Part shown: in pieces, positions 18,001 to 24,390 of the stretch
Numbering within the stretch: position 1 is the first letter of the stretch
Layout: each line of letters opens with the position of its first letter
IMG/VR virus record: IMGVR_UViG_3300021425_003554
Strand: one strand, 5' to 3'
Origin: a virus
Taxonomy: Duplodnaviria; Caudoviricetes
DNA length: 64,000 nucleotides
The notes under the pieces: generated by a model
Told to the model about the DNA's origin: nothing
Seen by the model: only the letters and a program-made list of their open reading frames with translations
The model's database searches: none
Translations under genes and position numbers: made by a program

Positions 18001-20457
18001 CGATCCCGGAGTTTGTCCAATGATCTCATTATTTTTTTCATTTATATCATTTAAATGATATAATATCTGTCCGTATGTAAAATCAGATATCTGCTCGTTG
18101 AGTGGATTTATCGAAATATTTTCGGGAATCTCATATAAACCTTTTCCATCAATTTTTTTTGCTGAGCTCGACGCATGAACCAACACGATATCGTTCACAT
18201 TCAAAGCATTGTTGAATTTAATATATTTGTTTGTTGTACCATTTACCAAAGTGAAATCAGATGTTATTTTTTTAACATTGTTATTCACTGAGACTGTGAC
18301 TTCAAGGTCGACTAACGAATTACTATTCTTGTAAAAATCTATAGGAAAGAAAACTTTTTCTTCCGGTGTCACTACAAAAGTTCTCACCACACGCTGTTTA
18401 CTTTTTGCTTTTAATTTCTTCCAATTGGTTTGACTACGATGTTTGTTATATTCGTTCTGTACGTGTGTGTGTCCTGTCTTAAAAGATTTAGTGTAAATTG
18501 TGTTGTTTATATTGTAATCAAAACTATTAGTCGCTATATCTGATGTGAAAAGTATGTCTCCGACATTGTTAATTGTTTTGTATTTTACTTTTAATCCCAG
18601 CACAGAATCCAACACCGCAGAATCACTTGTTTTATAAGAAAATAATGTTGCACCAGAAAATGTTGAATTGGGATATGTTGTTGTGTTCGAAAAAGAAACA
18701 TGATTACTATCATAGAGGTCAAACAAAGGAGATTGATTTAATTTGGTTTTGTTTTGTCCAGTTTGCCATTTTTTCGTTGAACTGCTATAAAAAAATGTTT
18801 TTCCTTGATGGTTTCTGCCATACTCGGCTGTTACTGCTTCACCGTCGATAGGATTTGTGTCTGAATCTTCGGTTAAATTTAAACTGGTCACGTCTTGACC
18901 TTGTACTTTCACGAATGAAACTTTGTAAATCTTGTTATTAATTAAGGGATCTTTATCATTGGCTATCAGTATTCTCATTCCTTCCTGTATCTCTACACCG
19001 TCGATGACATATCCTAATTTGTTAACTATCTCTGAAAACACGTCAGTTGTCACTGTGTCGACCAACGAAACCGATTTTTTTGCTTTGGTTCCATGGTTAT
19101 ATAAAATCAATCCCGAGTCGAACTCTATGATTGGTCTTTTTGCTCTGCTATCTTGATCTAGAGATGCTGTATAACCCAATGCAGTGGCCGTGTCTTCTAT
19201 GACAGATTTATGGAACCATCTGTTGTATCTGGACCACGAGTTGCCGTCAATGGAACTTCTTTTGATTGTTATATAATCTGGAGTTTCTGCTCTAAAAAAA
19301 CTTACCGCATACGGTCTATCTGCATATGCAACTTCATCATACAACTCTGTCACTTCAGAAGAATAAGAACCTGTTGGCAATAAGTCTGTGGTGTCTGTTA
19401 GTGTGATAGACTGTCCTACTCCTTCAACATAAAATTCTCTATTGGCATACGGTTTTAAAGTAGTGTCAATCACATTGCTACCAAACTTAATTTTCATTCC
19501 ATTTGATAATTTTACATTCGAATGTGTTGTATAATTTTTTGTACCTATGATCTCTTTTTCCGGATCTATTTTAGTTGTTTCCTCTACTGCCTGAATTTTT
19601 ATAATGCCATGCATGGCACTGTGATTTCCACACTGATAATGTAAGATATCTGGTGCATTAGAAGGAATAGTAAATGTCAATGTTCCGGCATCTATGCCGT
19701 TATTTCCAACTCCATTGTTATAAAGTAGAGAAGTGCTACCGTCTACTGAGATTCCTCCCTTGAAAGGTTCGGTCATTATGTAAAAAGGATGACCCGGATT
19801 ATCCACATGAAACTTATAGGTATTACCCTTATACAATGTTATTGTTGGATTTAGTTCTGTATCTGAAAGATTTTGAAATACAAAACCCGATTTTCCATTT
19901 CGAGATACTATTAGATCTATAACTGCATTTGGTCCGGTGGTTGATATTGTGATTGGATTTGGTCCTTCGGGCAACCAATAATACTCTCTGTAATTGATAA
20001 GTTTATCATAGTCAATTGCTGGATTCCATGCATACACATCCTCACTGTTTAGTCTGCTATGATCTGAAGTATTTCCACCTAGATATTTTATTTGATTAAT
20101 ATAATCGTCATATGTTCCAGTAAATTTTACTTGATCCTCTGGATTGATAGATGATGTATCTTTATCTGTGTATGTTACTGTTGGTTCAAGTTGATAATTT
20201 TGTCTATCGTTGCTTGATGCTTCTATATAACTGTCCGTTGCTTCTCTGGTATATGAATAATCTCTTCCGATAAAACCGTCGAGCCTTTCAAGTTTTCCTG
20301 GCTGTATTAATTGATCAACTGTGCTAGATAAAAATCTATGGTTTGTGTCTGTTCTATAAAATGCTGGAAGATGAGCAATAGATCTTCTATAACTGATGCC
20401 TTGTTTGTCAACAACAACTTCAGAATTTTTTACACTATTAATTGGAGAATCTGCCAT
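6010..20457 (-). CDS. giant (4815 aa) multidomain baseplate wedge protein (gp7-like position) with cupredoxin-like, FG-GAP-like propeller and GDGST-repeat modules
   Basis: Uninterrupted 14.4-kb ORF immediately after gp6. N-terminal LPAFYRT..FLSSTVDQL..KLERLDGFIGR and C-terminal ERIEY..LRRGTLGT motifs are typical of T4-like wedge proteins. Confidence 0.75.
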   Translation of the reverse strand: MADSPINSVKNSEVVVDKQGISYRRSIAHLPAFYRTDTNHRFLSSTVDQLIQPGKLERLDGFIGRDYSYTREATDSYIEASSNDRQNYQLEPTVTYTDKDTSSINPEDQVKFTGTYDDYINQIKYLGGNTSDHSRLNSEDVYAWNPAIDYDKLINYREYYWLPEGPNPITISTTGPNAVIDLIVSRNGKSGFVFQNLSDTELNPTITLYKGNTYKFHVDNPGHPFYIMTEPFKGGISVDGSTSLLYNNGVGNNGIDAGTLTFTIPSNAPDILHYQCGNHSAMHGIIKIQAVEETTKIDPEKEIIGTKNYTTHSNVKLSNGMKIKFGSNVIDTTLKPYANREFYVEGVGQSITLTDTTDLLPTGSYSSEVTELYDEVAYADRPYAVSFFRAETPDYITIKRSSIDGNSWSRYNRWFHKSVIEDTATALGYTASLDQDSRAKRPIIEFDSGLILYNHGTKAKKSVSLVDTVTTDVFSEIVNKLGYVIDGVEIQEGMRILIANDKDPLINNKIYKVSFVKVQGQDVTSLNLTEDSDTNPIDGEAVTAEYGRNHQGKTFFYSSSTKKWQTGQNKTKLNQSPLFDLYDSNHVSFSNTTTYPNSTFSGATLFSYKTSDSAVLDSVLGLKVKYKTINNVGDILFTSDIATNSFDYNINNTIYTKSFKTGHTHVQNEYNKHRSQTNWKKLKAKSKQRVVRTFVVTPEEKVFFPIDFYKNSNSLVDLEVTVSVNNNVKKITSDFTLVNGTTNKYIKFNNALNVNDIVLVHASSSAKKIDGKGLYEIPENISINPLNEQISDFTYGQILYHLNDINEKNNEIIGQTPGSSNLRDLPGFRALGGSIIQHQSPLPQAVFSLIDENSNAIRAIEYCSREYQSFKENFLTFNVGTTYNQNAADRVDEILKGMAGEKNNSFPFFYEDMVGYGANVSTRTYTVNDPTIVDYAIDSLFDISKTSNRAVYLYKNDTQLLVGTDYTFSTTDDSVKILTTLSTGDVIKIKDYTDTTGSFIPPTPTKLGMYPKYKPEIIQDNTYIETKNVIVGHDGSKTIAYNDYRDDILLELEKRIYNNCKINHNNNLLKETDVRPSAFMSTSEYTTKEINDIMSRDFFAWAGKNSVDYQKNNFYDNSNQFTWNYSQSKDTINEQFLPGHWRGIFKLFYDTDRPHIAPWEMLGYSEKPTWWEETYGPAPYTSGNTLLWTDLANGFDNSNSSANARFIRSNLLNYLPVDDTGALKSPVAIGLVSGYTYNGTTSKWKFGDQGPGETAWRRSSQYPFSIIKMLALTKPAKFFGNYLDNSRLITTVEGNLYNSETETIQTLKNVKYHLETITDTITGTTTRYSTAGYQPLVVNYLISQNLDPAKFFYDKMKNLNVQLGYKLGGFTDKDNLKILTDSISPGSTAGSQFIPEENYKLLFRSSNPVESYDYSGVLVELNSATGIDGSTLEGGYKVIGYNTAKPYFDVFLPVKNGKKYLLSSENEQVVAYQIFDNKKTIIPYGTVFKNKQEVVDFLLGYGKYLESRGFIFDKFSNELKEISNWELSAKEFLYWTTQGWAPGSAITLSPGADGFSLETNNSVINKLNDTTGEYSVLNSAGKKIPKSFISTKRIGNTFEMSTKGTLDGIYNVSMNAVQKEHILLFDNITVFSDIIFQLQTGFRQQRLKLIGWKTANWNGDYYAPGFVFDEAYVSMWTANTDYQIGDTVEYNAGFYVAKSNHNAGNEFTAEYWIKKDEKPAPQLIPNFDYKISQFNDFYNLETNNFDESQQGLAQHLIGYQSRTYLDNLFTNDISQYKFYQGFIKEKGTQNAINKLTKAKFYDENIDLNVYPEWMIKSGEFGNLNATQSLQISMPQNTFKNNIQSIEFTNNSLENLNWTKSARVNRNEFYSTPIEYEVANTFDYFDYNQEGYDRKTVQKFPVAGFPRLSDVQHTAFSINDLFNLDITQINNNDLVWIAKKQNNDWDVQRITFANLKIVAVRAVNDNTELEITFDKTHTFSVNDILAIKNSSRDTMNGIYAVSTIPANNKLTFAFDTPEQFISTDILADESTLSIFGLVYKFISVRISSMDNVNSLISYDEYRDDDVTNERSGDIVFVDNENSKWKIYEKTDPYNSNVLSSPTVSANQEFGHRIVSREDGRYIAVSAPQSGQGTVNFFVRRESNSTSTFNLTSSFTTTRGADNTTRLGDSLTMSSDENFVVAGAPQANIRHISDSSIYNDAGLISIYNWNTTTKVYEEQLTITPEQEGSTSIANWNFGWATALAEPIENSTLSTTPKYLFVTVPGHDLDTGSVFLYKWQNTDDSTSWTLTTTLTSTDADAGQRFGHSIAVNDNADIIAIGSKNPETAGKVEIFKRTSENTFIHRQTLTGVSADGSSNDTQFGDSLEMSSDGTTLIVSAPGIDDGVVANTGAVYYYKWNDQSSSETYTLKQTIKLPNTGINNVSFGSTVKINKTGDRLLIGAESFSTPTEMKFDFGATTFDLQDTAIVEKNRSSGATFTATKYDSEFVIDDKLTTTTLSSDDRFGSGLVINDNVILVGSSHDDALSTDGSTVQVDRGTVTVYDYKTKGSYAWKVLETESTLIDNRKIQSSFIFDSSTNKIIDYLNYYDPVKGRILGVADREINFKSEWDPATYNIESTEQLISVDRKQAWGEEHIGEVWWDLSKVRWIWYEQGSQEYKSKNWGRMFPNSSIDIYEWVESTLLPSEWSVRADTPAGLALGISGQPLDNNDQRVTLKQKYNPQSETFVNYYYYWVRNSVFLPELNKQVTERKNSTAYISRVIADPLSSGIKYFGITSSNSLVTLNVKNSLVLNNTVLNINYKNNLNDGDNHTVWKLFKEGDKLDRPTEEIERKWWDSLTGSDIYGNQIPDLSLPLSQRYGNSIRPRQSWYVNRLNAVQEIIQYTNSILTQYQIANSINYKNLDSQDPEPTSTSGEWDTAVDTYADLTYINTNDISGVLNVLVRSDEVNSKNLWAVYQWSGTEWNRNKVQTYKTSNYYSYVDWYASGYSVDSIIDQTVTYQYQLDTLSVDVGKIIKVTLADTGGWKLFVKTNTGWDNIATQNGTIQFSRALYDYTVEASGFAGLDTYDGNFFDDEPTIELRKILQALRDDIFIGDLLVEYNNIFFIGLRKVLEEQIYVDWLAKTSFINVTNFLRPLDQRKTYKIGTENYVESYINEVKPFHTKIREYKLGYTKLDTQQGTNTDFDLPAIYDGSVIRNLSLTNEADLTLLNSYPYNEWKNNYKKYVSSIRVINGGSGYITAPTITLVGGATTTTGPFQVNGLSLSGPTSGTSGYFYPAYTAVADANLADSQSGGTGLSDEFTFQEYPGIKFYIPQTGRSVSQASASSLYNTYATADTLQATARAVISGGKVIRIDVLTPGSNYTATPTVVITGGGTNNNTPSSSAKAYAVLKNDAVRDIETTIKFDRVQRTGNVLIWTKDTSYSVGDLLRYENDFYKVETAFTSSIKFSEGLNNLIKLRGDESYITAAERTLGLYAPQSGMPGNELSQVMTGVDYGGVMVTGLAFDKSQGWDVDDWYNQTWDTYGLAQSVRFYGDGSTIVFNFEPKEVEFTHTGDGSTKVFSTSTTTNAPRTIYDLKIFINNVRLDPVSIDGSTLNYTVNGTTPYVVFKDAPANGANIVVIQQVNTISSAPKPTDVYTVYFTDISDSTVGTGSIIAQANKKRVRQFKTVIRGDGSTTSFTIRGDDGLPASADTLIELIPFDSDGVLTPTDDDTLDSIVSGGNLKSVLGQSPSDIILEGDAFITPETSYAPEENLPGSIFDTVDIKVYTAPESGVPFVMQKNYIANGTTNTFDIGQYPGTQDSVIVSINGVVKRLGTDYTVDVGNKTITLNSTPNNGETISIRSFAISGVNYMVLDTFTGDGSTSSFSTSTRNDFESKEIQYNTSHTGDGSTKVFATSPDVSAPQYASDLTIFIDGVILDRVNGATINYTVDGTTSFVTLKDAPSDGASIIIRQSVSATTSQLYVTIDGTPTTNFTTTVNNKLITVDLHSGDGSTANPPASGKLVQIASFNKPSTSGRAYYELRTQSLTYDGSTVRLGLTYPPGAVGPYDSLTMVELDGKILRGPDNRYYIGDGSTSNFSYRGFSTSGLSVSSSGYETVSTGSKENISTLQTVVDSIPTSTYDGAWYLTVNKNIVSGDYETSVMSVTHNGTIAVISDAFRVNTGSSSHTTYSTGINGSNLEVYGTGSSDSNTSSFIRIGLGTSTSSSALGTESTITGSTTDSSTITFDSWNKSTYRGAKYFISVKNSSKSEYSNLEVLAVHNDVDAFVSEFNNVNTGSNDLVSVDADISGTDVRLRVTGHEPGLEIRAYRILLKHDEISDGTNNRGSVVIGSAEQTIDSFLITNYYAGFYVIVSKNTDTGESSIHQVNLIHNGSNNVYLNADPSITTSGGTNQLNFSSSITGNTLSLKASSNAGSNTSVSVYRFGVLISPSTSSINDLTKIKVYVNGRQKVLYSDYRINTATQSVEMLSVPLSTDSIAITTLIGNHYYNEGSDIILDPTQIATDGLSLTQNSTLTVTTFNNALGATQQREVFEGVYSGEFYLENTPTKSDYVFVWLNGETLVAGHDYLVEGNRIKIYSRNILLTDRIDVMYFKAVSAINAVGYRIFKDMLNRTFYKRISQTHTTKLSLPLDIGDETITVEEGSRLNPVDGSTLKPGVVFIVKERIEYFYKNGNVLGNLRRGTLGTGIKAHASGAKVVDAGAQQTVPYADAIHIKTYTGDGSTVTFTTTYAPSSASELDIFIGGQRLLITGEDGSTTNYTVDGSTASVTLSSAPASGTQVKILQKRGQVWYAQGENSASDGTGLQNATTIQAKFIDGEPTNAPE

Positions 20458-20459
20458 CT

Positions 20460-23400
20460 TTAGTACCCTGTGCCACTACCCGAACTGCCAGTACCTGAGG
20501 TCGAAGTAGTAACTGAGGTTACTGCCGATGTTGAATTACCGCTGGTGGTTGTTCCGGTAGTGCTAGTGACAACTGTTCCAGATGCTGATATTTGATTTGC
20601 TCCTATGGCATCAATTATAACCACATCATCCACTGTTGCTCCGCTTATAAAAATTTCGTCGGACGCTCCGCTAATTTGAAATAAAGATCCAAACGATTGT
20701 CCTGCTTGATTTGGAACTATGATAACTGTTAATAAATCTGGAGCGAGTTGATTGTGTATGTAAGCCGCTAATTCTGTAAAATAAAAAGTGTCGCCAAAAT
20801 CAAAATTATTTAAAGCAAAAAATTCATTGATTGCTTGTATAACTTTGGTTTTGATTATGGCATTTGTAATGTTTGAACTTGCATTCTTGACCACTTTAAA
20901 TGTTGCTTGGAAGGCCTCATCTGCTTGTGATCCAAATAAAATTTTATATTTGACCGGGTGATAAATTATTTGATCAGATAATCCTTTCAACGAATTAAGT
21001 GAATTCGAATAAGAAATTCGTAATTGGTCTGATGTTGAAGGTTTTGGTTGTGTTCCACCTTCTCTTAACCATGTTCTAAATAATTGATCATACGATCTCT
21101 CCAACAAATAGATATCCATAATATTTGTTTGTGCAGGATCTACTCTAGTTGACTGTCCAACAAAATGTTTGTATTGGAATTCTATAGAACTTCTTCCAAT
21201 TCTCGCAATATAATTTGTGTTCGTTACCAAAGATGTCGTTGCTGAATCGAAATGTTTAATCGAGTCATTGGAATAAAAATAAAATAACTGTTTGTCTGCG
21301 TAATTTCCAGGTAATATTATGCTTGATTCGTTTTCCGTCACAATAAAACTGGTTGCATCTTTAGGTCTGTATCTTTCAATATTATCATAACTGATATATT
21401 TTTCAAAAAATACATACTTGGAAGCAACATTTTGTGATGGTTCCACAATAATATCAAAAATTTCCGGATTATCAACTACCCCATCGTCGTCTTGATCAAA
21501 AAAACCAACCTTAACTTTTCTATTATCTTGATAACCATCCGATTCGGTGATTGTGTCAACCACTTGCCAATTGATTGGATAACCTATCACTGTACCGGAA
21601 CTTGGAACAGTATTACTTTTAAGAATTTTTACTGTATCTTTTACTGTTTGTCCTGAAACATAATCGTAGATTTTATCTGTTTTATCATAATGAAATTTAT
21701 TTTCCGATACCGATTCAAAAATATAATCCAATGATCTATACTGCACGGTATAAGTGTTACCATCGTTAGTAAGTTTAAACCACCAACTATCATCTGAATT
21801 GGTCAATGTGTTTGTGCCCGCATTGTTTAAAGAGAATGTGTTGGATGAACCTAAATTTGACGAAGTAATTACTTTCCATTCTCCGTCTTGTTCGTCGAAC
21901 CTTAATCCAAACTCTTCGTAGGTTTCAATTCTATTCTGTATGTCTTCTTTCAACTCTGTAGGTAACAGGGTTGTGAAAGGAGGAATCACTGCTGATAAAA
22001 CTGCATTCGAAGGAATGATATCATTTAACGTTATAGGTCCAACTCCTGATTCTAAATTTCCTAGACCGGAATTTGCACCATCTCCCACCACATTCGAAAT
22101 CTTTGCCCATGCCCTATCTTCTGCTACATCGGTCGTCGACGATACCAATACACCATTTAAAAATTTTCTTGTGTCGGGTGAAACAAATTTTATCAATGCT
22201 CCCGGTTTTGCGTGTTTCAAGTTACTGGTTGAAAATGATCCCACGGTCAATGGACCACCTGCTACAAAATATCCAGTATTTGTATTAGTGCTGGTTGTTG
22301 TTGATACCCAACTTGCCGATAATGTTGATAACTCTTGTGTTCCATATTTTTGATAATAAAACTGTCGAGAATATGCATCAGATAATTTGCTTTCAATTTT
22401 GCTATTGATCACATCTAAAATTTCGTTCCTGTTGGTAAATGTAAAAGTAAATTGTGGTATGGACTCTTCTCTATAAATTATTCCGTCATCAGCAAAAGTT
22501 GACACATTGGAGTACGCACCCGTTGGATCAATCACTTCCTTTGTTCTAGATATACCAGATGCAGATCTGTTGACTGATTTTACTTTTATAATTTCCTGTG
22601 ATACTGATAAAGGTACAACATTGTAATCTTCTGCTGTTATCATTCTGTTTTGAGAATAATAAACTTGCGATGCTTTTTGTTTGATAGAATCATTCGATTC
22701 TGTTGCTGATGCATTGTAAATGCTTTGTTGTAACGAAGCCGTCACAGTTAATAACTGATTAGCACCAAACTGATCAACATATGGAATTGAAAAAGATATG
22801 TCTGCCATATCATTTGGTTGTATGTTGTATCTCGCATTGTCCGATGTTCTATAATAACATCTAAATGCTCCCGATGGAATATTAGAAAAGTTTCCGTCAC
22901 CAAATACCAAATCAATCTGATCATTATTTTTTGTAATGACATTGTAGATATTTCTAATATCTTTTGATAAACTGTTGTAGATTACATTGTTTCCTGTCAA
23001 CGAAGGTATCTGTGTCCACAATGATTCCAATTGATTGAAATCATCTAATTTATATAACCACACGTCATCGTTGTTTATGTTGTTTGTTGCAATCGTTTTT
23101 ACAAAATTAGTTGTTGGTTGTGAAATTGTAAACTGTTCGCTGGCCAATGTGCCCTGTTTGAATAAACAAAAAAATCCAGTGTTGGGACTGTTGTCGCCAG
23201 CACCATCGTTTCTATAAACATATCTAAATCCTGTTCCCGGTGTTGGTGGAAATTCATAAATGGCTTCCTGTCCTGAAATCGTTGCTGGAACAATCTCAAA
23301 ATTTCTTGATACTCCACTCACTGCTCTGTTAAACGTAAAAATTGGTAAGTCATTATTTGATGAATTAACTACATAAACTTCAGTTTTGATTCCTCCCACA

Positions 23401-23933
23401 TTATCTGATTCCAACGGTTTGCCAAACTTTTGTGAAGACTGATTGACTGCACTTAATATTGCGGTGAACTGTTCTTTGAAATTAGGATTGGTAGCATCGT
23501 TCCATCCAACTGTGACATTAGACAAACTGTTTCCTGCACTGTCTCTGATATCTTGTGTCGTTGACACTGATGTATATTTTAATAATCCAATCGCAGATTT
23601 GTTTCGTTTGGCATTGTAGTTGATCAATCTCGCTAATCTTAAAACTGAATTTCTTCTGCTGGCCGTTTCAAGAAAGTTTTCTCGAGCATTTAAGTCAACT
23701 CTAAAACTTAAACTCTGTGCGATATAGGCAATTAAATCAATTAGTGCGATATATTCCGATGATTCAACAAAATCATTAAAATCATCTGGATAATTTTCTT
23801 TGAGATAAGAAACCATTGTTCTACGCAATGTCTCAAAATCATACGATTTAAAATCTGCCTGTTGAAAAGCCGTATAGATCTTTGTCCAATCTTCCGCAAC
23901 GAGTAATCTGTTTTGTCTATCTGTAGTGGCCAT
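20460..23933 (-). CDS. baseplate wedge subunit, T4 gp6-like
   Basis: DFETLRRTMVSYL..NDFVESSEYIALIDLIAY, ENFLETASRRNSVLRLARLINY, QNRMITAEDY. Confidence 0.9.
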   Translation of the reverse strand: MATTDRQNRLLVAEDWTKIYTAFQQADFKSYDFETLRRTMVSYLKENYPDDFNDFVESSEYIALIDLIAYIAQSLSFRVDLNARENFLETASRRNSVLRLARLINYNAKRNKSAIGLLKYTSVSTTQDIRDSAGNSLSNVTVGWNDATNPNFKEQFTAILSAVNQSSQKFGKPLESDNVGGIKTEVYVVNSSNNDLPIFTFNRAVSGVSRNFEIVPATISGQEAIYEFPPTPGTGFRYVYRNDGAGDNSPNTGFFCLFKQGTLASEQFTISQPTTNFVKTIATNNINNDDVWLYKLDDFNQLESLWTQIPSLTGNNVIYNSLSKDIRNIYNVITKNNDQIDLVFGDGNFSNIPSGAFRCYYRTSDNARYNIQPNDMADISFSIPYVDQFGANQLLTVTASLQQSIYNASATESNDSIKQKASQVYYSQNRMITAEDYNVVPLSVSQEIIKVKSVNRSASGISRTKEVIDPTGAYSNVSTFADDGIIYREESIPQFTFTFTNRNEILDVINSKIESKLSDAYSRQFYYQKYGTQELSTLSASWVSTTTSTNTNTGYFVAGGPLTVGSFSTSNLKHAKPGALIKFVSPDTRKFLNGVLVSSTTDVAEDRAWAKISNVVGDGANSGLGNLESGVGPITLNDIIPSNAVLSAVIPPFTTLLPTELKEDIQNRIETYEEFGLRFDEQDGEWKVITSSNLGSSNTFSLNNAGTNTLTNSDDSWWFKLTNDGNTYTVQYRSLDYIFESVSENKFHYDKTDKIYDYVSGQTVKDTVKILKSNTVPSSGTVIGYPINWQVVDTITESDGYQDNRKVKVGFFDQDDDGVVDNPEIFDIIVEPSQNVASKYVFFEKYISYDNIERYRPKDATSFIVTENESSIILPGNYADKQLFYFYSNDSIKHFDSATTSLVTNTNYIARIGRSSIEFQYKHFVGQSTRVDPAQTNIMDIYLLERSYDQLFRTWLREGGTQPKPSTSDQLRISYSNSLNSLKGLSDQIIYHPVKYKILFGSQADEAFQATFKVVKNASSNITNAIIKTKVIQAINEFFALNNFDFGDTFYFTELAAYIHNQLAPDLLTVIIVPNQAGQSFGSLFQISGASDEIFISGATVDDVVIIDAIGANQISASGTVVTSTTGTTTSGNSTSAVTSVTTSTSGTGSSGSGTGY

Positions 23934-23977
23934 ACATTTATATTACGAGTATTTATTGTTTTAATTATGTACGTATA

Positions 23978-24388
23978 TTAAGAAAGATTAAATGTTGAAT
24001 TTTGATCAAAATTAAAAGACAATTTCTCGGTAATATTATATGGTATGTATGTTAGTGTTGCTTGTACACTTATTCCTTGCCCGTTTTCGCTTACAACTAT
24101 GTCGGATGTGCTCACTCTAGGATCTGCGTTTAAATTTTCGGATATATCGTTGGCAATCAATTCTTTTGTGGCATTTGTTAGAGGTTCAAACAACATATCG
24201 TATATAATTGTGCCAAATTCTGGATTTTCCACACGCTCGCCTTTTCTGATCGACAATCTATTCATAAGATTTTGTTTGATCAAAGCAAAATCATATAATT
24301 TATAATTGCTCTGCTCTGCTTTAGAACTAAAACCCTTGAACAGAGTTTGATTTTGTTGTTTGTTTGATGGGTTATTTGAGTATGCCAT
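23978..24388 (-). CDS. baseplate wedge/sheath initiator, T4 gp25-like
   Basis: FKGFSS, LIKQNLMNRLSIRKGERVENPEFGTIIYDMLFEPLT, DPRV. Confidence 0.92.
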   Translation of the reverse strand: MAYSNNPSNKQQNQTLFKGFSSKAEQSNYKLYDFALIKQNLMNRLSIRKGERVENPEFGTIIYDMLFEPLTNATKELIANDISENLNADPRVSTSDIVVSENGQGISVQATLTYIPYNITEKLSFNFDQNSTFNLS

Positions 24389-24390
24389 AT

